64,000 nucleotides of DNA from Patescibacteria group bacterium (lineage in GTDB: Bacteria; Patescibacteriota; Patescibacteriia; UBA10025; JAHIVO01). The first letter of the stretch is position 1; each line of letters begins with the position of its first letter. The position numbers were made by a program, and so were the translations under genes. This document shows positions 18,345 to 27,390 of this stretch, piece by piece. The notes under the pieces are model-generated. The model was not told the origin of the DNA and ran no database searches. It was given only the letters and a program-made list of their open reading frames with translations. The DNA lies in NCBI GenBank assembly GCA_018816445.1, contig JAHIVO010000001.1, positions 8,354 to 72,353 on the forward strand, given 5' to 3'.

Positions 18345-19586
18345 TTAATTAAGTGTGATAATGCCACCTGCTACAACTGCGCCATTTCTGATTAAAATAA
18401 ATCTACCTAACTCCGGAATATTATTAAAATCTTCAATTATTACTGGATTATCAGCTTTGAGTTTGACTGTAGCAATTTCCATCTCTTTAAGTTCATTAGA
18501 TTTGTCTTCAATAATCTTAAGTGAAGATGAATTTATGCGATTGGTTATAGATTCTGCGAACACACCAATTTCCTGAGTGGCGCATTGTAGTGTGAGATTC
18601 TCTTTAATGCTTAATGGCTCTTTTGACATCCAAAATAGATTTCCCACTACCTCGTCGGTTGATTTTGGTTTATTATCACTTTGGGTGGCAATATCACCAC
18701 GATCTACAAAAATTGGGTCTATTAATGTTATTCCAATATTTTCTCCGGCTGAAGCCGATTCCAGCTGTTGGTTCATTTTTTCTATTGTTTTAATTGATGA
18801 TTTATTACCTTTTGGTAAGAAGGTTACTTCATCGCCTTTTTTAATTGTGCCAGATGCAATTTGTCCGGCAATAATGCGTATTTCGTCAAATTTATATAAA
18901 TCCTGGATTGGCATTCTAAATGGCTTATTGGAGAGATTTTTTGTTTCCTTGAACGTTTCCAGTGCTTCTAAAACTGTTTTATCTTCGTACCAATCCATAT
19001 TATCTGATTTTTTTGCAATATTATCTCCTTTGAAAGCTGAGATTGGAATAATGAAGGTAGGAGTTATTTTAATTTTTTTAAGAAATTCCAGCAACTCTTT
19101 TTTTACTTTTATGTAATTTTCTTCTTTATATTTTACCTTGTCCATTTTATTAATTACAACGATTACTTGTTCCAGACCCAACAAGCTTAAGAATTTTGCA
19201 TGTCGCTTTGTTTGCTCTTGGATACCTTCATTGGCATCTACGATTAAAATTGCTGCTTCGGCCTGTGAGGCACCTGTTATCATATTTTTTGTAAATTCAA
19301 CATGGCCTGGTGCATCAATGATGACATACTCCCTGGCATCAGTTTTGAAAAATATTTGTGCAGTGTCAATAGTAATATTCTGGTCTCTTTCTTCAATCAT
19401 GTGATCCATAAGATAAGCGTATTCAAACTGCTTGCCTTGTTGTTTGCAGATTGTTTTTACCTCAGATATTTTTTCTTCTGTTATTGATTTTGTATCACAT
19501 AATAGTCGGCCAATAAGTGTTGATTTTCCATGATCAACATGTCCTACAAAAACAATTTTAAATTTTGATTCTTTTTGATTCCTCAT
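18345..19586 (-). CDS. cysN: Sulfate adenylyltransferase subunit 1 (CysN GTPase; no APS-kinase domain)
   Basis: 'VGHVDHGKSTLIGRLL', 'NITIDTA', 'IIDAPGH', 'NMITGASQAEAAILIVDA', 'QTKRHA' and 'NKMDKV' reproduce CysN/NodQ G1-G4 blocks. At 413 aa there is no room for a CysC domain. Confidence 0.85.
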   Translation of the reverse strand: MRNQKESKFKIVFVGHVDHGKSTLIGRLLCDTKSITEEKISEVKTICKQQGKQFEYAYLMDHMIEERDQNITIDTAQIFFKTDAREYVIIDAPGHVEFTKNMITGASQAEAAILIVDANEGIQEQTKRHAKFLSLLGLEQVIVVINKMDKVKYKEENYIKVKKELLEFLKKIKITPTFIIPISAFKGDNIAKKSDNMDWYEDKTVLEALETFKETKNLSNKPFRMPIQDLYKFDEIRIIAGQIASGTIKKGDEVTFLPKGNKSSIKTIEKMNQQLESASAGENIGITLIDPIFVDRGDIATQSDNKPKSTDEVVGNLFWMSKEPLSIKENLTLQCATQEIGVFAESITNRINSSSLKIIEDKSNELKEMEIATVKLKADNPVIIEDFNNIPELGRFILIRNGAVVAGGIITLN

Positions 19587-19623
19587 ATTTTTTTAATTTT
19601 GATATTTAATATTTCAATTAGTA

Positions 19624-20439
19624 TTACATGTATCCTAATTTTCTCAAGCGCTGCATAACATAAGCAGCTTCTTTGTCTTGAGAGCGGCCAGCTCTTTCGG
19701 AGCTTTTTGATTTTTTAATTTCTTCGATAATTTTATCAACAGTATCAGCGTCTGATTTAATTGGCTTTGTATTTGGTTTGCATCCGAGGCTCCGATATCG
19801 TAAGCCATTTTTGGCAAAGTATAGTTTATTAATAGGCAGATTTTCTCTTTTTATATATTTCCAAACATCCACTTCAGTCCAATGGAGCAAAGGATGGATT
19901 CTAACATGCGTCTGATCGTCTGAAATTGACCTGTATTGGTTCCAAAGTTCGGGGGGCTGGTTCTTGTAGTCCCAGTTAAATTTTTGGTCTCTAGGAGAAA
20001 ATACGCGCTCCTTAGCCCTAATACCATGCTCATCCCGTCTAATTCCTAGAATTAGCGCCTTAAAATCATGTTTAGCCATGCATTGCTTTAGTGCATTAGT
20101 TTTAAGTTCATTACAGCACGTAAAGCCATCTCCTTCGCCGCACTTAACGCCCCTGGCCATAGCTTCTTTATTCATAGCAATTATTAGATTTAACTTCCAT
20201 TCTTTGGCATATTTATCTCTGAATTCATACATTTCTTCAAACTTAGCTCCAGTGTCAATGTGAATAACAGGGAAGGGGATGTGGCCAAAAAAAGATTTAC
20301 GGCATAATTGGATTAAAGTAGTTGAGTCTTTTCCAATAGACCAGAGAACAGCTATTTTTTTAAACTGATTATAAGCCTCACGGATGATGTAAACACTTTT
20401 GTTTTCTAGTTCATCTAAATGATTCATATTATTTGACAT
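19624..20439 (-). CDS. cysD: Sulfate adenylyltransferase subunit 2 (CysD, PAPS-reductase-fold ATP pyrophosphatase)
   Basis: 'LWSIGKDSTTL' PP-loop, 'IHIDTGAKFEEMYEFRD', and the C-terminal '…SERAGRSQDKEAAYVMQRLRKLGYM' matching the conserved CysD tail. Confidence 0.85.
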   Translation of the reverse strand: MSNNMNHLDELENKSVYIIREAYNQFKKIAVLWSIGKDSTTLIQLCRKSFFGHIPFPVIHIDTGAKFEEMYEFRDKYAKEWKLNLIIAMNKEAMARGVKCGEGDGFTCCNELKTNALKQCMAKHDFKALILGIRRDEHGIRAKERVFSPRDQKFNWDYKNQPPELWNQYRSISDDQTHVRIHPLLHWTEVDVWKYIKRENLPINKLYFAKNGLRYRSLGCKPNTKPIKSDADTVDKIIEEIKKSKSSERAGRSQDKEAAYVMQRLRKLGYM

Positions 20440-21193
20440 TAAAATAACTAATTAGTCCATTAAATACATCTATAGGTTGGTTAACCTTAAATGGAATATT
20501 TTTTGCGATGGCAATGGCATCTGGGTGATGATCGCCTTTCAATTCATTGCCTGTTGAGGTAATTTTTGGTAAAGTCTGAACTGGAGCTTTGTCATAATCT
20601 GTAAATCCATGATCAGAAAGAATCAATACTTTTTCATCAAGTTCAAAAATTTTATTTACTGCTTTATCAATTTTTATATAATAATCTATTAAGGATTCTC
20701 CTCCCCAGTGTAAATGGGACATCTTATCCAATGCGGTATATACAGCAATAAATAGTTCTGGTTTACTATCTCCTGTAACAGAGACAATTTTATTGGTAAT
20801 TTCTGTGATTTCAGTATTCAGCTCTTCTTGAGTAAGGGGGACACCATAACCAGGAGGATTAAAGTAAATATTATAATTATAAGGTGGTACAATAAAAGGA
20901 ATGTTCAATGCTTTAACCGATATATTATTTCTACTGAGAATATCCCATATAAAATCAACTTTTACGTCATTCCGAGTTTGGACTTCACCGTCTTTAACAA
21001 AATCCAGGTGGTTATGTTCTTCGGGTAGTTTTCCAGAAAACATTGAACACCAAACTGAAGCAGACCATGGTTTTTGTTGCAGGCTGATTGTATAATTATC
21101 ATGCTGTGACAATATTTTTTTAAAGGTGGGCAATTTGTCAATATTGGGTTTGATAATATCCCAAGTAGCACCGTCAAGCCCAATTATAAACAT
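20429..21193 (-). CDS. Short alkaline-phosphatase-superfamily (type I phosphodiesterase/NPP-like) protein
   Basis: 'FIIGLDGATWD', 'SASVWCSMFSGKLPEEH' and 'LSDHGF'. Overlaps the cysD start by 11 nt. Confidence 0.55.
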   Translation of the reverse strand: MFIIGLDGATWDIIKPNIDKLPTFKKILSQHDNYTISLQQKPWSASVWCSMFSGKLPEEHNHLDFVKDGEVQTRNDVKVDFIWDILSRNNISVKALNIPFIVPPYNYNIYFNPPGYGVPLTQEELNTEITEITNKIVSVTGDSKPELFIAVYTALDKMSHLHWGGESLIDYYIKIDKAVNKIFELDEKVLILSDHGFTDYDKAPVQTLPKITSTGNELKGDHHPDAIAIAKNIPFKVNQPIDVFNGLISYFNVK

Positions 21194-21201
21194 AGAACTT
21201 T

Positions 21202-21420
21202 TTATAAATAATCTAAATTTTTTAATCTATCGCGTACTCTTTTTTCATCTTCTTTGGTAAATCCCTTTTTTTCTTCATAGGAAGAAGAAACTAATTGTCT
21301 TAGCACATAAATTACATAACTGGAAACAGAATGAAAACCCGTACCGCTGATTTTTTCTTTTAATTTTTCATTAAGTTGAACTGGAATAGAGATGGTAGTA
21401 TATCTTTTTTCATTTTTCAT
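21202..21420 (-). CDS. Small ribbon-helix-helix (CopG-like) protein with a CysD-like C-terminal tail
   Basis: 'TTISIPVQLNEKLKEKISGTGFHSVSSYVIYVLRQLV' is a canonical RHH. C-terminal 'KGFTKEDEKRVRDRLKNLDYL'. Confidence 0.55.
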   Translation of the reverse strand: MKNEKRYTTISIPVQLNEKLKEKISGTGFHSVSSYVIYVLRQLVSSSYEEKKGFTKEDEKRVRDRLKNLDYL

Positions 21421-21619
21421 AGGTTTTTTAACTAATAATTGAATATGTTTATAATATAATTAATTAATTATATAGTCAAGCATTTTAATTAAATATAATG
21501 ATAATATTTGATTAATTCCTAATATTAGCTAAATATATATTTTACTAAGATATAATCTTGGTTATTGAATCGAAACTAATGTATAATTTATCTATAATTT
21601 TCAATGAAATATTTATTAT

Positions 21620-23155
21620 ATGATTAAGAAATCAACACTTTTTTTTACGGTATTCTCCATTTTGTTTGTATTGTTATGCTTCTATTCTTTTTTTATTGAT
21701 TTATACCCACAAAAAAGCAATACAGATTTATGGACACATTTGGCAATTATCAATGAATTAAAAGTTAATGATTATTCAGAAGTTAATGCGCCATTTTTTA
21801 CTGATGGAGAGAATGATCCACGTAGTGGGATATATTTAACTGGTATAGCTTTAGTGTCAAAAATATTTAATATTTCAACTATAAATACATATTTGTTTTT
21901 TGGAATAATTAATATAATATTTTTTCTAATATGCAGCTTTTTATTTAGTAAACACTTTTTAAAAAGTAAATATAATTATTTATTTCCATTATTACTAATT
22001 TTTTTATGGGGTCCCAGTAGGAATATTTATGCAGGCATGTTTTCCTTAAATGAAATTTTATGGATAGGTCCATTCTATCATTTTTTTACTTTCAGTTTAT
22101 TACTATTGTCATTGATTTATGCTGACAAGCTAATTGAGCAAAAAAGAAGCGTATCTTCTTATTTATTAGTGATAATTCCAGTATTCGTGTTATATAATAC
22201 ACATATGCTGACAGGAATTATTTTTTTTGTTGCTCTATACGCCCTGATCACTGCAAAAATAATAAATTATAAAAAAATAACAAGAGAACTTATTTTTTTA
22301 TTTAGTATTCCATTCTTATGTTTTTTATTAAATTTTTTATGGCCCTTGTATGATCAATGGAATTATTTTTTTAATAGGGGTGCAGTAAATGCCATACAAG
22401 ACGTTAATAATTCGGAAACCTATAGAGGCTTAGATTATTATTGGAAATACATTAATTCATGGATTTTGGTTGGTGGTTTAAGTTTGCTAGGAATTATTTT
22501 TAGTCCGAAAAACAAAAAATATTTTACATTTATAATATTATTATTTATTATTACTTTGATCATAATATTTTCAGGCTTAACACCTTGGCCTATACAATTT
22601 TATTGGAGATTCTTCCCTTTAATTGTCTTGGCCGGCGTTATGGGCTGGATGTCCCTTTTTCAAATTATTAATAAAAGGTTAATATTCATCCTTATTGCAC
22701 TTATTATAATAATTGGGCTACTTTTCACGATGAATAAAATGGTTGTATTTAAAGATTGGGAGCCATATACATATCAGCAATCCCAATATCAATCTGAATC
22801 AATATCTTATGATATTTTAAATAATATATCAAAAAAAAGTGTTGTTTTTACGGATGAAGTTGAATCACATATTTTATCAGGATTAACAGGGTTAAACGTT
22901 GTTGGCGTCAGACCATCTCATGCTGGCTTTAATCAAACTGATATACAAAATCAAGGCTACGATAATATTAAGGCAGCATACGAAGAACCTGAAAAAATTG
23001 ATGAACTTATCCCAAAATATCAAATAACACATATTTTATTAAAAAGAAAAATATCAGAAAAAAACTTTTTATTATCTCAGTATGTTAATAATAAATACAG
23101 GTTGATTGATATTAGTGATGATTTTTATTTGTATTACGTTGGTAATGACTTATGA
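21620..23155 (+). CDS. Polytopic membrane protein (Wzy/GT-C-like, uncharacterised)
   Basis: More than 10 TM helices over 511 aa with a C-terminal soluble domain. Sits in the GT-rich locus. Confidence 0.4.
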   Translation: MIKKSTLFFTVFSILFVLLCFYSFFIDLYPQKSNTDLWTHLAIINELKVNDYSEVNAPFFTDGENDPRSGIYLTGIALVSKIFNISTINTYLFFGIINIIFFLICSFLFSKHFLKSKYNYLFPLLLIFLWGPSRNIYAGMFSLNEILWIGPFYHFFTFSLLLLSLIYADKLIEQKRSVSSYLLVIIPVFVLYNTHMLTGIIFFVALYALITAKIINYKKITRELIFLFSIPFLCFLLNFLWPLYDQWNYFFNRGAVNAIQDVNNSETYRGLDYYWKYINSWILVGGLSLLGIIFSPKNKKYFTFIILLFIITLIIIFSGLTPWPIQFYWRFFPLIVLAGVMGWMSLFQIINKRLIFILIALIIIIGLLFTMNKMVVFKDWEPYTYQQSQYQSESISYDILNNISKKSVVFTDEVESHILSGLTGLNVVGVRPSHAGFNQTDIQNQGYDNIKAAYEEPEKIDELIPKYQITHILLKRKISEKNFLLSQYVNNKYRLIDISDDFYLYYVGNDL

Positions 23156-23168
23156 TGAAGCAAGTCAT

Positions 23169-24719
23169 TTACTTGCTTAGAGTTACGTCGATTGCATTAA
23201 TTTTTACTAAGCTTTGATTTTTCTGTAAGTCGGGAATGTTAATAGAAAAAATTATTTTTCCTTCATAAAAGTAATCACTATCTAGATTAAAACTGGTTTG
23301 TGATATATAATTATTTTCAAATTCTTGAGGCGGATTATAACTTGATAAAAGATATTCATAATTTGAAATAGCATCAATTTCTATAGTATTAAGTTTTTTC
23401 ATCCCCAATGGGGTTGGATTAAAAAATGAGTTTTCAGAAAAAGAAAAATATCCAGTGATGGCATCATTATTTTGGACTAACAAATGATTTTTTTCAAGCA
23501 CTATCTTATTTAAAGTATCACCGGAAAGATTAACAATTTTTGGGGCTTCTTCAAGTCTGGTAGAATCTAAAATTAAAATATGGTCATCATTAATTGAAAT
23601 TGTTTGATTTGAAGCGGGGATATGCCAAGCTGGAATTTTTATGGACAAAGCATTAGTATAAATTGAATGTTGATTAATTGATTCGGAAATATCGTCGCGT
23701 ATCATAACCGAATTTGCAATTACCAAGAGAGGTTGGTTAAGGATAATTTTTGTGAGAGAATCAGCTGAACCAGTTTTAATTTTATATAAACCACTTGGCA
23801 TGTTTTGAATGCTGATAATATCAGATTGTTTTGGCCCTAATTCATTATTAGCACTTATATTGCCGTCATCAGTAATTACTTGATTGCTAATAGCTTTATC
23901 GGTTGAACTTGTAATTGTAGTTTCTAAGGGATCCGCACCTTCATAATAATTAAAATCAACTTTTATTACTTCTAACTGTAGATCACCAGGTGAAGTAAGA
24001 TATGTGTAGGCGTTAAATGTCCCTTCTATGTATGGCGTAAAAGTTCTATCCTGTGTGAATGTTTTGCCCATAAGTGATTGAGCAACCATTTCTGACTGAT
24101 CTAGATTTGAATAATAATCCGCAATAGCATAATTGATTATAGGTTCTGAATTATTATCAGGTGATATTATATTATATACTTCCCTTGGTGGATTGGATAA
24201 AAAATCTTCAATAGAATTATATTTTTTGTTTTTTTGCCATAATGAAAGATCATCAGAAATGATATTTTCCCATGATAATTCGTTTAAATTAGGATTGAAT
24301 ATTGGTTTATATGAAATTGTATTATCAATATTTTTAATTCCGAGTAGAATATTGTTTGACCCATGGATGCTATAGTCAAGTTTAATATCTACCTTATTGA
24401 TTATATCTTCCTTTACGCCTGAAGGTAGTTGAATTTCAAATTCAGTTAAATCATTATTGATGATTTGGTTATCTATGCGATATTGTTGGCTGCCGTTTTG
24501 ACTAATGTATGACACATCTGATATTGGGGAAATAGGGGATATTAGTTGACTATTATCTGGATATGAATATAAAAAATGGACTTGATCCGAAAAAAATAAA
24601 AAATTTTTATTAAAAAGGCCAATAAATAGGATGATAGTAAAAATAATAATTACTTCTAAAATAATTCTTTTTAAAGTTGAAATTTTATCATTTTTTATAT
24701 AAAAGTTTGAAAAATTCAT
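23169..24719 (-). CDS. N-terminally anchored exported protein of unknown function; paralog of 48187..49728
   Basis: Single N-terminal TM (IILEVIIIFTIILFIGLF) and a large extracytoplasmic domain. Shared blocks with 48187..49728 include 'WENIISDDLSLWQKNKKYNSIEDFLSNPP' ~ 'WTWITKDDLILFQKSDKLYESIDYFLDNLP' and 'GYFSFSENSFFNP' ~ 'GFFFFSSENSFDP'. Confidence 0.5.
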   Translation of the reverse strand: MNFSNFYIKNDKISTLKRIILEVIIIFTIILFIGLFNKNFLFFSDQVHFLYSYPDNSQLISPISPISDVSYISQNGSQQYRIDNQIINNDLTEFEIQLPSGVKEDIINKVDIKLDYSIHGSNNILLGIKNIDNTISYKPIFNPNLNELSWENIISDDLSLWQKNKKYNSIEDFLSNPPREVYNIISPDNNSEPIINYAIADYYSNLDQSEMVAQSLMGKTFTQDRTFTPYIEGTFNAYTYLTSPGDLQLEVIKVDFNYYEGADPLETTITSSTDKAISNQVITDDGNISANNELGPKQSDIISIQNMPSGLYKIKTGSADSLTKIILNQPLLVIANSVMIRDDISESINQHSIYTNALSIKIPAWHIPASNQTISINDDHILILDSTRLEEAPKIVNLSGDTLNKIVLEKNHLLVQNNDAITGYFSFSENSFFNPTPLGMKKLNTIEIDAISNYEYLLSSYNPPQEFENNYISQTSFNLDSDYFYEGKIIFSINIPDLQKNQSLVKINAIDVTLSK

Positions 24720-24787
24720 AACTTGAAAATTAGGCTAAATTTTGTTATATTTATACTATATAAATATTGTAATGTTAATTTAAATAA

Positions 24788-25210
24788 ATGTCAAAAACAA
24801 ACGATAATAATAACAGTATAGCACGATCCAATCAATATCTTAGAGAGCTGGTAATTTCTATACTTGTAATTTTCCTCATTGTTTATATAATACTATTGAT
24901 TATTGAATTTAGTTTCAAAGGTTTTGTTAGTAATACAATTAATCCAAATTACCTACTATTAATAATAATTCCATTGGGAGTAATTTCGTCATTGCTATCA
25001 AGAAATCCATCTATAACTATAAATAGAAGAGCTACTACGGCAGTTAATTATTTATTGATATTTCTTCTATTAATTATCAATTTTTTTATTCTATATAACC
25101 AAAGGTCAAATTTTAGTAATAATTACCTAGTACTGTCAGTATTTACTGGTTTAATAATTTTTTTATTAGGTATATTCATCCTCATCCAAGATAATAAAAG
25201 TGAGAAATAA
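24788..25210 (+). CDS. Small hypothetical membrane protein
   Basis: Three to four hydrophobic helices with no motif. Confidence 0.35.
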   Translation: MSKTNDNNNSIARSNQYLRELVISILVIFLIVYIILLIIEFSFKGFVSNTINPNYLLLIIIPLGVISSLLSRNPSITINRRATTAVNYLLIFLLLIINFFILYNQRSNFSNNYLVLSVFTGLIIFLLGIFILIQDNKSEK

Positions 25211-25212
25211 TT

Positions 25213-25899
25213 ATGGATATATTCATTGTCATACCTGCATATAATGAAGAAAAGGTAATTAGGGGTGTACTCATTGATTTAAGAAATAATTTTAAGAATA
25301 TAATAATTATTGATGATGCCTCAGATGATAAGACTGTTCAGATTGCAGAACAGTTCGATATATTGGTTTTACGGCATCTAATAAATAGGGGGCAAGGTGC
25401 GGCTCTGAAAACAGGAATTATGTATGCCCTTAATCAAAAAGCTGATGTTATAGTTACTTTTGATGCTGATGGTCAGCATCATGCTGAAGATGTAAAAAAT
25501 TTAGTAAAGCCGATTATTGATGGTCAAGTGGAGGTAGTGTTAGGATCCCGTTTTTTGAATAATGATCAGTCGAGTAATATTCCTGTTTATAGAAAGATAA
25601 TTCTAAAACTTGCAGTAATTTTTACTAAGTTCTCATCAAAATTAAATATTACTGATACGCATAATGGGTTAAGGGCATTATCTTTCAAGGCAGCATCAAA
25701 AATTGAACTAAAGCAGGATAGAATGGCGCATGGCTCAGAGATATTAGACGAGATATATAAAAATAAATTATCATATATTGAGGTGCCAGTTAATATTACT
25801 TATACCAATTATTCAATGACAAAGGGAGGCGCCAATCAAAATCCTTCAGCTTTTATGAAAATATTATTTAAATATTTATTAGGGAGATTTATTAAATGA
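25213..25899 (+). CDS. GT2 polyprenyl-phosphate glycosyltransferase (DPM1/GtrB-like, soluble form)
   Basis: 'IVIPAYNEEKVI', 'IIIIDDASDDKT' and 'VTFDADGQH'. Confidence 0.75.
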   Translation: MDIFIVIPAYNEEKVIRGVLIDLRNNFKNIIIIDDASDDKTVQIAEQFDILVLRHLINRGQGAALKTGIMYALNQKADVIVTFDADGQHHAEDVKNLVKPIIDGQVEVVLGSRFLNNDQSSNIPVYRKIILKLAVIFTKFSSKLNITDTHNGLRALSFKAASKIELKQDRMAHGSEILDEIYKNKLSYIEVPVNITYTNYSMTKGGANQNPSAFMKILFKYLLGRFIK

Positions 25900-26276
25900 T
25901 AATAAAAATATTAGTTTCAATATTTGTTTTATTCGCCGTTTCCAGGGTTTATTTAAGATATCGTGATGGGTCAGTACGAGTTATTGCTTTTATTGTTTGG
26001 TTATTGTTGTGGGGTGGTATTGCTTTTTTTGTTTGGTGGCCAAAGTTCAGTGATATTATTGCTAGCGGGGTTGGTATTGGCCGGGGTATTGACGCCTTAG
26101 TGTATATTTCAATAGTAGCCTTGTTCTATGCCATGTTTCGCGTTTATATAAAATTGGAATTTATAGAACATGAAATAACAAGTTTGGTGCGCAACCTGGC
26201 CTTATCAGATAAATTGAATAAGATAAAAGATAAACGCGACAATGAAAATGAAAAAAAGGATATTAGTAGCAACTGA
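25896..26276 (+). CDS. Small membrane protein (DUF2304/GtrA-like partner of the upstream GT2)
   Basis: 126 aa, 3-4 TM, translationally coupled to the GT2, a common GT2-plus-small-membrane-protein pair. Confidence 0.4.
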   Translation: MIIKILVSIFVLFAVSRVYLRYRDGSVRVIAFIVWLLLWGGIAFFVWWPKFSDIIASGVGIGRGIDALVYISIVALFYAMFRVYIKLEFIEHEITSLVRNLALSDKLNKIKDKRDNENEKKDISSN

Positions 26277-27390
26277 GTTTTTCCCGAGGACAAAGGAAGG
26301 AGATGCTAGGGGAGGTGTAGAAATTCGAAGCTGGCAAGTAGCAAAGCGTCTGGCTAAACAATACGAGATTATTGTAATAACATCGCTTGAGGATAGCTTA
26401 CCCAAGGAAGATATTTTTTTTGATATTAGGGTTTTACGTGTGGGGCCCAGAAGAAGATACACCCAAAAAGGTGCGTTGGTAAAAAGGATTTTGTTCATGA
26501 TTGGAGTATATAGGAAGATTATAAAGTTAAAACCCCAGCTTGTAGATGCGCAGAGTATTATTACATATCTGCCTTCATTTTATGCTGCCAAAAAATTAAA
26601 TATTAAGTCAGTCATGACCTGCCATGATGTTTGGCAAGGCAGGTGGATGAAATTATTTGGTTTTATGGGAATAATTGGAGAAATATTTGAACGATTTTAT
26701 TTAAAATTGCCATGGAATAAGTTTATTGCTAATAGCCAATATACTAAAAATAGCTTAATAAAATCCGGAATAGATAATAATAAAATCGAGGTAGTCCATA
26801 ATGGTATTGATTTTCAATTAATAAATTCAATTAATGTTGAACAAAAAAACGATTTTTCAGTATGTTCAGTAACACGACTCGTAGATTATAAAAGAGTAAT
26901 TGATTTATTGCATGCCGTGGCACTGGTTAAGAATAAATTTCCAGACGTAAAATGCAATATAATTGGCAGTGGACCGGAATTAAATAATCTTAAAAATGCA
27001 GTAAAAAAATTAAAAATTGAATTAAATGTTAATTTTTTAGGTTTTGTGGATGAGTACAGGGAAGTAATTAGCGAAATAAAAAAGTCTAATGTATTTTGCT
27101 TAACTTCCACTGTAGAGGGGTTTGGTATAGTTATAGCTGAAGCGATGGCCTGCGGCACGCCGGTTGTGGCCACTGATATTAGTCCAATAAGAGAGGTTAC
27201 AAAAAATGGTCAGGGAGCAATATTATTTAAACCCAAGGATGTACAAGCCTTATCAAAAGCCATAATTAAAATATTTGGTGATAGACAAATCGCTAATGAT
27301 CTATCTAAAAAAGGAAAAGAAATTTCCTTAAACTATAATTGGAACAATCTTGCCGAGCTTACCTTGAAAATTTATCATGATTTAATATGA
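26242..27390 (+). CDS. GT4 glycosyltransferase
   Basis: 'EGFGIVIAEAMACGTPVVATD'. Confidence 0.75.
   Translation: MKMKKRILVATEFFPRTKEGDARGGVEIRSWQVAKRLAKQYEIIVITSLEDSLPKEDIFFDIRVLRVGPRRRYTQKGALVKRILFMIGVYRKIIKLKPQLVDAQSIITYLPSFYAAKKLNIKSVMTCHDVWQGRWMKLFGFMGIIGEIFERFYLKLPWNKFIANSQYTKNSLIKSGIDNNKIEVVHNGIDFQLINSINVEQKNDFSVCSVTRLVDYKRVIDLLHAVALVKNKFPDVKCNIIGSGPELNNLKNAVKKLKIELNVNFLGFVDEYREVISEIKKSNVFCLTSTVEGFGIVIAEAMACGTPVVATDISPIREVTKNGQGAILFKPKDVQALSKAIIKIFGDRQIANDLSKKGKEISLNYNWNNLAELTLKIYHDLI

Noticed and set aside
18355-19487. A series of plus-strand ORFs (61-179 aa) across cysN
   Set aside because: All are antisense to cysN, whose GTPase motifs are unambiguous. They have no start context or motifs and reflect low stop-codon frequency in the complementary frame.
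20078-21183. Several short ORFs on both strands within cysD and the short AP-family gene
   Set aside because: They are embedded in supported CDSs with no homology signal.
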